Virus record (IMG/VR): IMGVR_UViG_3300029908_000004
Coordinates: 124,001-188,000 of that record
DNA length: 64,000 nucleotides
Strand: one strand, 5' to 3'
This document shows, piece by piece, positions 1 through 9,523 of the stretch. How positions within the stretch are numbered: position 1 is the stretch's first letter; each line of letters opens with the position of its first letter. Both the position numbers and the translations under genes were made by a program. The notes under the pieces were generated by a model that ran no database searches, was not told the origin of the DNA, and was given only the letters and a program-made list of their open reading frames with translations.

Positions 1-2
1 TC

Positions 3-1265
3 TTCGTTACTGATGAAAGAGTTGAGATAGAAGCCGTTGGTGCTAGCGGGGAATCTCTTGATACTAAGGACATCATTACCCATTTAAAGGGAAGGGTGTT
101 TACAGGTCTAGGGGTATCCCCTTTAGACATGGGCGAAGGGGACTCGGCTAATAGAGCTACCGCTGATAATATCTCCCAGAATCTGAAAGATGCTATAAAA
201 GCGGATCAGGAAACATTTGCCCATTTAATTCGTATCTGGATATTTAAAGAGTGGTTTCTAGAAGCTCCTTATTCATTGTCTGTTCAAAGAGCTGTGGCAT
301 CTACTCATCTAGCGTTCCATGAGATAGATTTGGATAACCTGATTAAAGAACAGAATCATATTATCCAGCTATACACCAACCATCTTATTACCGAAACAGA
401 AGCTCGTAAGAAGATACATAAGAAGCCTATGGATAACTCCATGCGTAAAGAAACCCATTACAAGCAGCACATCGTTGACTTGGTATGGGAAGAAGCTGAA
501 GCTAAAGCTGATGCCCAGATTAAGATTACCGAAGCTCAAACTGAACAACAGAAGGCTTTACTTACCCATCAGACTAAAGAAACAGAAAAGGGTGCTTCAA
601 CTCAAATGTCTCTATTAAAGGCCGAAGCCGAAGCAGAAGGAAAGAAAGCACAGGCCCAAGTAATAAAGGCGGAAGCTCAGCACAAAGTCTTGAAAGCTAA
701 GACTGCCCATGCTATAGCTACTGGTGGTGGGAAGGCTGTGAAGAAAGCCACACCATCAGCTAAGACAACTAAGAATAAGAATATGCCTACTAACCAACAT
801 GGTACTAACCCCGGACCAACGAAGGCTAAAAGCTCTCTGGAATTCATGAAACTCCTAAAAGATAGGCTAACAGAGCTTCGATCTAACGTAATTAACCTTG
901 AACAATGGTCAGTAGTATCAGCAAAAGTGATAGATGATTTAAATTTGGAATTTGAGGACTCCCAAACCATTGATGACACAGAGAATTCCTATACTAATCA
1001 GATACGAACGGGATTAGATAGACTAAAGAATATAGTTGGACTAACCCACGACCCAGAAATCTTAAGTATCTTGTTAGACAGCTGGCTTGAATCAGAGGAA
1101 TTAGAAGATGTCGAACACACAGCGGTGGAATCAGTTACCGGAAGGCTGGAGGACAGTGAAGCACCCAACAACGAGAGTGCCATTGGACCAAGCAATTCAG
1201 AACCCAGCGATAATCCCACGAGAGGGAAGACCAACAACGAAGACTCCCTTACCACAGTCGAATAG
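3..1265 (+). CDS. Portal protein, C-terminal part (5'-truncated by window edge)
   Basis: The frame is open from nt 3 (FVTDERVEIEAVGASGESLD...RVFTGLGVSPLDMGEGDSANRATAD), so the track's GTG at 96 is not the true start. The motif resembles large-phage portal C-terminal regions, and the gene lies directly before the protease and capsid genes. It has a long K/A-rich then acidic C-terminal extension. Confidence 0.75.
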   Translation, partial: FVTDERVEIEAVGASGESLDTKDIITHLKGRVFTGLGVSPLDMGEGDSANRATADNISQNLKDAIKADQETFAHLIRIWIFKEWFLEAPYSLSVQRAVASTHLAFHEIDLDNLIKEQNHIIQLYTNHLITETEARKKIHKKPMDNSMRKETHYKQHIVDLVWEEAEAKADAQIKITEAQTEQQKALLTHQTKETEKGASTQMSLLKAEAEAEGKKAQAQVIKAEAQHKVLKAKTAHAIATGGGKAVKKATPSAKTTKNKNMPTNQHGTNPGPTKAKSSLEFMKLLKDRLTELRSNVINLEQWSVVSAKVIDDLNLEFEDSQTIDDTENSYTNQIRTGLDRLKNIVGLTHDPEILSILLDSWLESEELEDVEHTAVESVTGRLEDSEAPNNESAIGPSNSEPSDNPTRGKTNNEDSLTTVE

Positions 1266-1292
1266 AATAGTTAACCCATTTAAGGAAAAGTA

Positions 1293-3617
1293 ATGTCTTG
1301 GATCCGTATGAGGGACTTTGTTAGTGGTCCCACAAAGAAGATAATTAGAGTTGATAACCATAAAGTAATGGATTCAGAGAGTAAATCAGAATCATTACTT
1401 ATCTATGTAGCAGCTACACATGCTGGCATAGTTAATGGTAACTCTCGCTTTTATCGTCCCGACAGGATGCAGGAAAGCACAACATCTTGGTTGCCTAAGA
1501 ATAGATTTCCAAAGCCAGTACTAATAGGACATAACGAAGACGGTCAGGTTCTCGGACGTGTAATGTCAGCAAGATATGTCGACGAAAGTCATAAATATGT
1601 TGTTGATTTTCCTACCGTTCGAGATTCTGTATTTTATAAATCAGCAGCAGATAAAAGAGTTGGTTTATACGAGTCTATAGATTGGATAGTTGATAACCTA
1701 CAAGAGCAGGATGAATACGCAGGCTTAGGTTATATAGAATTAGGATCAAAGATTACTAATCCAGAGGGTATTCAAAGAGTTCTTCGTGATGAGTACCTTA
1801 CAGTCTCAGTAGGTTTCAAAACAGATTCTGCTATTTGTAGCATTTGTCACACTGATTGGGCGCAAGAAGATAAATGCGAACACAAAATGGGCGAATTATA
1901 CGATAAGAAGAAAATGTTTATTATCAGCGGTAGATTTGAATACGACGAGCTATCGTTTGTGAATTTCCCTGCTGATCCATTTGCTGGCGTAGTCTCTAAG
2001 GATAAGCTGGCTGATAGTCTATCGAAGTATTCACGAGAATCGTGTTTCTTCATGGGCCTCTCCACAAAGGAACGTAAGTCCTTAGGTGGAGTTAAGATGA
2101 CCGACAGTTTGTTAGGTCATGATATCGAATTCGAGGAAGACATGGCTATTTCAGTAGTGGAAGTAAATAATATCGATCCGGTTACCTTCGAAGCTGAAAT
2201 TAAGGACGATGGGTTGGTTTCAGAGAAAGCTCAAGAGCTGAAGAAGAAGCTTCAAACATGGGAGCCAGAGACTGATGAATTAAAGACTAAGAAACGTTCC
2301 TTAATTTCAACATTGAACGCAAGAATTAAGAAGAACAGCTGGGATAAGAAAACAGTAACTGAGACACCAACTACAACAGCTCAACAAAGCGGAGAAATTG
2401 AAGCAGCTTTGTCTGAATGTAAAGCCTGCCACACCACAGATACAGATAATGATACACCACCAGAATGGAATATGGACGAGTTAACTGAAGAAGATAAGTT
2501 ATTCTTTAGTGACGTCGATGGTATCTATGCTGAGATGGAAGTCGAGATGGACGCGGCTCTTGCTGACGGCGAATTAACAGATATAAAAGACGCCAAGCTT
2601 AGTTCTGAATCACGTAACAAGTTAAAGGGCGGTTCATTCTGCGGTCCAAATCGTAGCTTCCCGGTTCCAGATTGTGCCCACGTAACGGCAGCACGTAGAT
2701 TAATCGGAAGAGCTAAAGTATCAAGTGGTACTAAGTCTAAGATCCTATCTTGTGTGTCTGGTAAATCTTCAAGAATGGGTTGTGGTGGAGCAAAGAAAGA
2801 CTCTACTTTAGATTCTCTAAAAATGAAGAGTCCAGACTTGTATCCTCTTGTAGCTGAACAGTTTAGTGACTCTGAGCTTTCTAAAGAAGGAACTGCCCCA
2901 GGAGAAATTTGGCAACATTACGATGGTCTACAAGGTTGCTATAAGAAATCAGATCCAGAGTTACGACAGAAGATGCGTAATCTACATTATGCAGTAGGCG
3001 AGCACTGGGATACCACAAGTTCCGTTGAATACTATAAAAATATATTGAACAAGCAGGATATGGTAGTTCTACCTAAACAGGAACTAGCTGATAAAGAAAC
3101 TGCTATTAATCAACTAACTGATGAGAAAGCAGAATTAGAGAAGTCTCTGATTGCTTCTGAAGATGTTAAGGGTAAGCTCTTATTACATATAAAGAAGAAT
3201 TATGCTACTCAGATAGTTATGTACCGTGTATTAAAAGGTTCAGATGGATTTAAGGATCTTACTTTAGAACAAGTATTAGCTAAGGTAGATGAGTTAAGCA
3301 AACGTCACGTAACATCCCTTAAAGATACCGTGGCAGATATTATGTCTGAGTTAAAGTGGAATGATGCTATAGTTTCCATAGAAGCTCCCCGGGAGGACAA
3401 GACCAAAGAGTCCGGACAAACGGTAAACGACAACGTGCAGGTGATAACCGAACCAACTTCTGGACCTGAAGTTAAAGATCCAAAGGTTGTGATGGCTGAG
3501 GCTTCTCGTAAGGCCCAAGAACTCCATGAATCACTTCGGTACATGACAGATCAGGAACGTAGAGTGTTCCTGCTTTCCCAAGGCTATGATATAGCCAAGG
3601 CTGCGAAGAAAAACTAA
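1293..3617 (+). CDS. Prohead (capsid maturation) protease with C-terminal scaffold-like region
   Basis: ATHAG (His) and YLTVSVGF (Ser) motifs, CSIC...CEH zinc knuckle and ELSFVNFPAD. The C-terminal half is acidic/coiled-coil. It lies between portal and capsid genes. Confidence 0.8.
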   Translation: MSWIRMRDFVSGPTKKIIRVDNHKVMDSESKSESLLIYVAATHAGIVNGNSRFYRPDRMQESTTSWLPKNRFPKPVLIGHNEDGQVLGRVMSARYVDESHKYVVDFPTVRDSVFYKSAADKRVGLYESIDWIVDNLQEQDEYAGLGYIELGSKITNPEGIQRVLRDEYLTVSVGFKTDSAICSICHTDWAQEDKCEHKMGELYDKKKMFIISGRFEYDELSFVNFPADPFAGVVSKDKLADSLSKYSRESCFFMGLSTKERKSLGGVKMTDSLLGHDIEFEEDMAISVVEVNNIDPVTFEAEIKDDGLVSEKAQELKKKLQTWEPETDELKTKKRSLISTLNARIKKNSWDKKTVTETPTTTAQQSGEIEAALSECKACHTTDTDNDTPPEWNMDELTEEDKLFFSDVDGIYAEMEVEMDAALADGELTDIKDAKLSSESRNKLKGGSFCGPNRSFPVPDCAHVTAARRLIGRAKVSSGTKSKILSCVSGKSSRMGCGGAKKDSTLDSLKMKSPDLYPLVAEQFSDSELSKEGTAPGEIWQHYDGLQGCYKKSDPELRQKMRNLHYAVGEHWDTTSSVEYYKNILNKQDMVVLPKQELADKETAINQLTDEKAELEKSLIASEDVKGKLLLHIKKNYATQIVMYRVLKGSDGFKDLTLEQVLAKVDELSKRHVTSLKDTVADIMSELKWNDAIVSIEAPREDKTKESGQTVNDNVQVITEPTSGPEVKDPKVVMAEASRKAQELHESLRYMTDQERRVFLLSQGYDIAKAAKKN

Positions 3618-3629
3618 CGGAGAATTTAG

Positions 3630-4850
3630 ATGCCTTTCGATATCAATAATGGGTTCCATGGCGATCTGTTTGGTCGTGACCGTGTTGGTCATACCACCCC
3701 AGATGCAGAAGCAAGTGAATCGCTTCGTCCTTGGTTACCAGTTCCGTACCCCGCTCCTTACCTTCCAGCAAGACGTCAGGATCAAGGTCACCCAGTTCTT
3801 GCGAACGTGGTGTTCTCTAGCCAAAACTTAATTGGTCAGGACGCAAGCGGCGCATTCGTACCAGCAGGTTTATTCTGCGGACAAACAGCTACTAATGCTA
3901 ATCACGCCACTGGTGGTGGTTATTGCATTCTGAAGTATAGCTCTTATGATGTAGGCTTTGCTTATAACGCCATGACTGGCAATTACGTAGCAACAGCTGG
4001 TGAAATAGCTGTTCTAGCGGCCCCAAGCAATGGAGTTGACGGTGACGTTTATACTTTCGCAGATGGTAGCACTTATGTCATTAGTGAAACTACAAATCAT
4101 GATATTACTAACGCCCACGCTTGTACGTTGTTCCCAGCCGGCTCTGTAAAGCCGATTGGTGTAGCACTACGTAACGTATTCCAATACATTGGTGGTGTGA
4201 CTATTTCAACAACCACCGGCGGTATGCACTACTGGCTAAATGGTATTATCCCAACTAAGTTCAAGGTTATGAACTATATGCATGAAATGGGAACTGCTGT
4301 TCAGACAAAGTATGTTCTACGCCTACCTTGGATTGGTGCTAATTTAACTGCTCTACAGACAATGGCGAACGCCGATGGTGTAGTTGGTTATACCCAAGGA
4401 TTTTACAGTCGTTCATTTGTCCACTTTACCGCACCAGTTGTAACTACTCCTGGTGTTGTAGATGGATGTCTAGCATACGGTAATATGGTTGTAGCTGGAA
4501 TTGGCGAAGATGCGGGCAATTATGCTGCATATAACGCTACTTCTGGTGACCCAATTACTGGCAACGCTAATACTCTACGTGATGTGTGTGGTCGCATTAT
4601 TGGTATCCAGAATATGTATCCAATTCGTGATTATGCAAATCGTGTTCGTACCCTGTGGGATCCGAACCGTCTAGTAGGACCTATTCAGGATCCTAACCCA
4701 GCATCTATCATGATGGGTGGTTCCGCAACCGCTGGTATTGATTACCAGTTGAACCTTGGTACTGATGCGGCTTTCCAAAAGGCATACACCCAAGGTAGAC
4801 CACTTCACCCAGAATATAGTACTTATGTGTTAGTTCACATATCTCTATAA
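3630..4850 (+). CDS. Probable head decoration/cement protein
   Basis: 406-aa G/A/T-rich beta-type protein between protease and major capsid protein. The call is positional. Confidence 0.5.
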   Translation: MPFDINNGFHGDLFGRDRVGHTTPDAEASESLRPWLPVPYPAPYLPARRQDQGHPVLANVVFSSQNLIGQDASGAFVPAGLFCGQTATNANHATGGGYCILKYSSYDVGFAYNAMTGNYVATAGEIAVLAAPSNGVDGDVYTFADGSTYVISETTNHDITNAHACTLFPAGSVKPIGVALRNVFQYIGGVTISTTTGGMHYWLNGIIPTKFKVMNYMHEMGTAVQTKYVLRLPWIGANLTALQTMANADGVVGYTQGFYSRSFVHFTAPVVTTPGVVDGCLAYGNMVVAGIGEDAGNYAAYNATSGDPITGNANTLRDVCGRIIGIQNMYPIRDYANRVRTLWDPNRLVGPIQDPNPASIMMGGSATAGIDYQLNLGTDAAFQKAYTQGRPLHPEYSTYVLVHISL

Positions 4851-4860
4851 GGCAGGCAAA

Positions 4861-5067
4861 GTGATGGCAAATCAGACCTTCATAAAGCAAGGCCGAGCAG
4901 TTCTAACACAGAATGGGCTTAGGTGTCAATTTCCTCGTGAGAAAGACCCAACAACCCCTTGTAATAAACTGCTTGTGAAAAAGAATGCTCTTGGCCAAGT
5001 CGCTGGTGCTTTTAAGTGCGAACGATGTGGCCAAGAGATAGTTGTTGAGTTGGCTGTAAAGCCTTAA
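4861..5067 (+). CDS. Small zinc-finger protein, Mu Com-like
   Basis: LRC-x11-CNKLLVK...FKCERC resembles the Com-family pattern C..CNKLL.K...I.C.RC; 68 aa. Confidence 0.6.
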   Translation: MMANQTFIKQGRAVLTQNGLRCQFPREKDPTTPCNKLLVKKNALGQVAGAFKCERCGQEIVVELAVKP

Positions 5068-5078
5068 CCTATATTTAT

Positions 5079-5100
5079 ATACCCAGGAGGGTATTCACCC
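5079..5100 (+). promoter_or_regulatory. Shine-Dalgarno of the major capsid gene inside a hairpin
   Basis: ATACCC(5079-84)-AGGA-GGGTAT(5089-94) forms a 6-bp stem containing AGGAGG (5085-90), 10 nt before ATG 5101. Confidence 0.5.
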
Positions 5101-6420
5101 ATGTCCAAGAACGTTATGGTGCAAGTAACTGACGAAGAACGGGCACAGTTCCGTCGTTTTGACACCATTTTCCGCGCTAACGGGTTCGACCCGGAAGAAA
5201 AGCGCCACATTACAATTAAGGATGCTATGGACATCCAAAATGCGGCGTTCATGATTCCAAGGGTAATGACCCAGATTGTCCAGGAGGGCATTGAGCCTCT
5301 TCTGATTGGTACCAGCCTGCTGCAGAAGATCGATTATGTGCCCGGCATGCAGACTGTTTTCCCAGCTATTGAACCATTGCATGCTGAAGAAGTAGGCGAT
5401 AACATGGGTCTACCTATCTTCAACATCAACGTTGGTGGTGCGGCAACTTATGGTACAACCGTAAAGCGGCATGGTCTTATGTTGAAGATCGCAAAGCGCT
5501 ACGTAGAAGAATCTACTTATCCGTGGATCAATATGTGGCTGCGTCTTGCTGGTAACGCGTTGGCACGTCACAAGGAAGAGTATATCTTCTCCTTTATTAC
5601 ACAACTTGGTCAAGTTGTATTTGATAATAGCGTTTCTTCACGTTTACCTTCTTCTCCAGTTCAACCTATCAAAGGACCTACAACCGGACGTAATTACAAA
5701 GGTCAGTTCAATGGCTCCATGGTTGTTGATGACATCTTTGATATGTACGCTCAACAGCTATTAAATGGTTTTATCCCTGACACTATGCTTGTACATCCAA
5801 TGGCATGGTTGATGTGGGTAAAGGATCCTGTGATGCGTGAATTTGCTATCCAAGCTGGTGGTGGTTCGTTCTTCGCCAACTGGACAGGCAATGTAGCATC
5901 ACAATCTAATATGTTCTACAACTTCGGAGGCATGGGGTATAGCACAGGTCAGACTGGGCAGTATACTCAAGGTCAACTAACTGGTGGACAGCTTTCTACT
6001 CCAGAGGGTGTCCCTTCACACATGAACTCCGCACCAGTCCTACCTAGTTATCTAGGACTGCCATTTAAGATTCTTGTTTCGCCATTTATGCGCTTTGACC
6101 CGCTTACACGTGAAACCGACATCTTGATGTTCAACTCGAAGAACCTTGGAGCTCTGATTGTAGATGAAGAGCCACATGTTCGTTCCTTCGAAGATAACCG
6201 TTATGGAATACAGGAATTAGGAATCGAAGAGACTTACGGTTTCGGTATCCTGAATGAAGGCTTAGCAATCGGCGTAGCAAAGAATGTTAAGATTCGTCCA
6301 AACGAGTTCGTCATGCCGGCTCGCAGTGTATTCAACCTGTCAGATCCAAACTCTGGATTCCAGGATATCAACACAACAGCTTTGTTCGGCAATGTGCCGA
6401 TCGATGTCAACTCACAGTAA
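5101..6420 (+). CDS. Major capsid protein (HK97 fold)
   Basis: 439 aa with a strong AGGAGG RBS. Motifs include LRLAGNALARHKEEYIF, PDTMLVHPMAW and ILVSPFM...ETYGFGILNEG. It follows the protease and is followed by a terminator. Confidence 0.88.
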   Translation: MSKNVMVQVTDEERAQFRRFDTIFRANGFDPEEKRHITIKDAMDIQNAAFMIPRVMTQIVQEGIEPLLIGTSLLQKIDYVPGMQTVFPAIEPLHAEEVGDNMGLPIFNINVGGAATYGTTVKRHGLMLKIAKRYVEESTYPWINMWLRLAGNALARHKEEYIFSFITQLGQVVFDNSVSSRLPSSPVQPIKGPTTGRNYKGQFNGSMVVDDIFDMYAQQLLNGFIPDTMLVHPMAWLMWVKDPVMREFAIQAGGGSFFANWTGNVASQSNMFYNFGGMGYSTGQTGQYTQGQLTGGQLSTPEGVPSHMNSAPVLPSYLGLPFKILVSPFMRFDPLTRETDILMFNSKNLGALIVDEEPHVRSFEDNRYGIQELGIEETYGFGILNEGLAIGVAKNVKIRPNEFVMPARSVFNLSDPNSGFQDINTTALFGNVPIDVNSQ

Positions 6421-6442
6421 CCATACTGACCGACTACAACCC

Positions 6443-6478
6443 AAAAGGCAGGCAGGTTTCCTGTCTGCCTTTTCTTTC
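6443..6478 (+). terminator. Rho-independent terminator after the major capsid gene
   Basis: AAAAGGCAGGCAGG-TTT-CCTGTCTGCCTTTT-CTTTC: a GC-rich stem with one G.U pair and a U-tract. Confidence 0.85.
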
Positions 6479-6504
6479 AATGAAAGAGGAGACAAACTCC
6501 CATT

Positions 6505-7032
6505 ATGTCATTAATTCAAGAACCAGAACACAAAGACTTAACAGGTCGTATTATATCGTTGAATCTACATGTATGTAAGAGATTCCAATGTGGAGGATTC
6601 GCTCTGGGACCGGCTCGTCCTTTTTCAGTGGTAGAGCCAACAGCCCAACAAGGAATAATACGTCAAGGATTAATTGATGGTAGGTTACTAGATATAACAG
6701 ACCAAAACATACAAGGGGTTTCTATAGGAGAAACTTCACATAGTCCAGCTCATGTACTAGAAGAAAAAGGTAAGAAAGTATATCTTCAGATAAACCAAGA
6801 CGGTAGTCTTACTGTAATAGCCCCGAAAGATGAAGCGGATGAAGCTAAGCGTGAAGAAGAGTTAGCTACTATGGGCGTACTTATAGTAAATGAAGATGAG
6901 GTAGAGGTAGCTAAATCTACATTTGATCAGTCAGGTAAAATAGACACGTCGGGCGCGGAACAATTAATAACGAGTATGGCTGAAGTTATTGATATGGCAA
7001 AGTCTAAACAATCTCATAATAAGGTAAATTAA
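6505..7032 (+). CDS. Hypothetical protein (head module)
   Basis: 175 aa, AGAGGAG RBS; no family recognised. Confidence 0.7.
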   Translation: MSLIQEPEHKDLTGRIISLNLHVCKRFQCGGFALGPARPFSVVEPTAQQGIIRQGLIDGRLLDITDQNIQGVSIGETSHSPAHVLEEKGKKVYLQINQDGSLTVIAPKDEADEAKREEELATMGVLIVNEDEVEVAKSTFDQSGKIDTSGAEQLITSMAEVIDMAKSKQSHNKVN

Positions 7033-7787
7033 TGTCTACAGCTCCAACATTATTATCTGTGTCACCACTAGATAACGCAACAGACGTTATATTAGGTTGT
7101 AATATAGTATTGACTTTTAGTCAGCCTATAAATCAACTAACTGTAACTGCTGATACCTTCCTACTACAGGGCCCCGGTCAGACAACTATGATTGGTCCTG
7201 AACAGTTGGAATCTATCAATCCGTTATCTGTAGTTGGTAGAGAATATATATTAGGTAGTTTTAATTGGGACCCAACGTCGACAATACTTACGTTTGTTCC
7301 AGATAAGCCTTTACAGCCTAATATGCTCTATAATATAATGATAGTTGGAACTGGCGGCGGATTAAGTAAGAGTTATGTATCAGGGACGAGTGGGTTATCC
7401 TTAGATAACACATATAAATGGAGCTTTACTACAGGGAACGTCAATGTAAAGAGCCCTCCTATACAGTGTCCTTTACCTCCATTTAGGAATCCAATTTATC
7501 CAGGAGATATAAAAATAGACATTGCCCCACGATTAAAGCCTGTTGGTAATGATTTATCCCAAGAAATAAATATTATATTTCCAGCTCCGATTGATCTTTC
7601 TACATTCAGTCCAGCTGATTTACAAGCCAGTATAGATCCAATATTGAATGATATTTATGTAAGAGTCCCATCAACCTTAGTATTTACCGTAGCTTTAAGC
7701 TTGGATGCCACAACTATAAATATAAATATAACAGGATGGCCACCAGATTGGGAACAAAACTGGAACTGGGGAGGTTATGGTGGATAG
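7032..7787 (+). CDS. Ig-like (Big_5/SbsA-type) domain virion protein
   Basis: PTLLSVSPLDNATDVILGCNIVLTFSQPIN...LTFVPDKPLQPNMLYNIMI...YKWSFTTG matches the bacterial Ig-like pattern. Confidence 0.7.
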   Translation: MSTAPTLLSVSPLDNATDVILGCNIVLTFSQPINQLTVTADTFLLQGPGQTTMIGPEQLESINPLSVVGREYILGSFNWDPTSTILTFVPDKPLQPNMLYNIMIVGTGGGLSKSYVSGTSGLSLDNTYKWSFTTGNVNVKSPPIQCPLPPFRNPIYPGDIKIDIAPRLKPVGNDLSQEINIIFPAPIDLSTFSPADLQASIDPILNDIYVRVPSTLVFTVALSLDATTININITGWPPDWEQNWNWGGYGG

Positions 7788-8289
7788 TAATTCAGAAGCT
7801 AGATTAAGTAAGGTATACCCAATTCTAGCATCTAAAATAAGGATTCTAGCTGAGAAGCTATTAGAAGAAGGTATTGAAATTAGGGTGGTACAAGGGCTTC
7901 GAACATACCAAGAACAAGGCGACCTTTACGCTAAAGGAAGAACTGCTCCAGGACCTAAGGTAACTGATGCCCCACCAGGGTATTCATGGCATAATATGGG
8001 AGTTGCTGTAGACGTCTGCCCGGGTATCTCTGGTGAAGACCCATGGGCACCAGATTGGAATGCAGCCCACCCTGCTTGGAAACAAATATGGACTATTGGA
8101 ACTGGCTTAGGATTAGTTTCTGGGGCTCTTTGGAAGGGTATCCCAGATAAACCCCATTTCCAGTTAGCAAATATAGGTCCAGTAGACGCTCCAGATGATG
8201 AATTACGAAAAATCATAGCAACAGGTGGGGTTCAAGCGGTCTGGAAAGAGATAGAAAGACGAATAAATGAAAGTAATCTACATACTTAA
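7777..8289 (+). CDS. Endolysin, peptidase M15 (L-Ala-D-Glu peptidase-like)
   Basis: VVQGLRTYQEQGDLYAKGRT, SWHNMGVAVD and DKPHFQL Zn-ligand motifs. Confidence 0.88.
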   Translation: MVDSNSEARLSKVYPILASKIRILAEKLLEEGIEIRVVQGLRTYQEQGDLYAKGRTAPGPKVTDAPPGYSWHNMGVAVDVCPGISGEDPWAPDWNAAHPAWKQIWTIGTGLGLVSGALWKGIPDKPHFQLANIGPVDAPDDELRKIIATGGVQAVWKEIERRINESNLHT

Positions 8290-8985
8290 AGATCCAATTG
8301 ATAACAATGTGCGGTATGTCGGCGTAACTACTAATCCACGTAAACGATTAATAGTGCACATAAGTCAAGCTAAGCGTGGTAGAAGTAATCGTAAGAATTA
8401 CAGGTCTACCCATCGTGATAATTGGATTAATAAATTATTATCAAGGAATCTAAAACCAGAGATGGAGATTATAGAAGAGGTTAGCGATAATTGGGCTGAT
8501 AGAGAACGATGGTGGATATCTCACTACAAGAAGTTGAATGCCCTCTTACGAATCATACTGAAGGTGGAGAAGGAACGTTTGGACATAAACAGTCGCTTGA
8601 AACCCGTAAGAAGCATAGTGATTCTATGAAAGCTTATTTCTCAAACGTGTCTAATAGACAAAAGACAAGAAATGCGTTATTAGGACACATAGTAAGTGCA
8701 GAAACAAGAGGTAAACAAGCTGCTGCGATGCGAGGTAGAAAGTGTCCACAGCACGTTAAAGAGATAGCTTCACAAACATTGAATAAACTTATAAATAGTC
8801 TTCCGAATAGATTCTGTAAACAATGTAATAATGAATTCAAGCCAATTCAGTTTAATAGTTGTTTTTGTTGTAAAGATTGTGCCAAAATTAGTTTTTCTAT
8901 TTATCACAAGGAATATAAGAAAACTTACAAACAAAAGAAACTATTTCCAGATAACGGGAAGATTTCCAGAGGATGCGCCAGATAA
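8267..8985 (+). pseudogene. GIY-YIG homing endonuclease split by a frameshift
   Basis: ORF 8267-8629 carries VIYILKD...RYVGVTTNPRKRL...ERWWISHYKKL. The continuation CPLTNHTEGGEG, NUMOD3-like repeats (HKQSLETRKKHS; HIVSAETRGKQ) and a CxxC...CxxxC finger are in the -1 frame (8509-8985). The junction is at ~8534-8539. Confidence 0.8.
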
Positions 8986-9064
8986 CGAGGTTAGACAGAT
9001 TATAAAAGTTTCTGGGATGCAAACGTTGTGGGATGATATTACCAAATCGTGTAATACAGGATAA
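8943..9064 (+). pseudogene. Displaced duplicate of the endolysin 3' end
   Basis: FQITGRFPEDAPDNEVRQIIKVSGMQTLW aligns without gaps to endolysin FQLANIGPVDAPDDELRKIIATGGVQAVW. Both copies begin at ATTTCCAG (8156-8163 and 8943-8950). Confidence 0.75.
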
Positions 9065-9150
9065 AGAAAGTAGAAACTACAAACAAACACTATTGAATAG
9101 TGTATAATGTAATTAAGTCTTTCTTAATAGGAAGACTAGGAGATAAGATC

Positions 9151-9510
9151 ATGTCGTTCTGGGATAAAGTTGTTGCATTTTTCAAAACAAATTATGCCAA
9201 AGCAAGCGCTGGATTTGTAAGTATGTTCGGCAAAGACGCGGCAGAGGAATTTGCGCATGGCGCAGAAGCTCTACTAAAGACCGGTTTAGGAATTATTGCG
9301 ACAGATGCTGTTATGGCATCCTCTTCACTAGTACGCAATCCTAATGGTTCACCAGCAACATCAACAGATAAAAGAAATGCTGCTTTCCAGAAGATAGCTG
9401 TTGATGCAAAATCTCAAGGAATAAATGTTACCTCTTCTATAGCAAACCTATTGATAGAATTAGCTGTACAAAAAGTGGTAGCAAATAACGTTATTTCAAA
9501 CATAAAGTAA
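9151..9510 (+). CDS. Lysis-cassette-associated hypothetical protein (holin-like candidate)
   Basis: AGGAGA RBS favours ATG 9151 over the track start 9100. Amphipathic 119-aa protein; its function is inferred from context only. Confidence 0.45.
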   Translation: MSFWDKVVAFFKTNYAKASAGFVSMFGKDAAEEFAHGAEALLKTGLGIIATDAVMASSSLVRNPNGSPATSTDKRNAAFQKIAVDAKSQGINVTSSIANLLIELAVQKVVANNVISNIK

Positions 9511-9523
9511 CTAATCTAATCTC

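Noticed and set aside
8267-8985. Group I intron carrying the GIY-YIG gene in the endolysin
   Set aside because: The endolysin is complete and ends in its own stop before the endonuclease body. No room or recognisable P/Q/R/S core is visible, so free-standing insertion with 3'-end duplication fits better.
8831-9064. 77-aa ORF as an independent gene
   Set aside because: Its 5' half is an alternative frame of the endonuclease; only the 3' half is meaningful, as the endolysin remnant.
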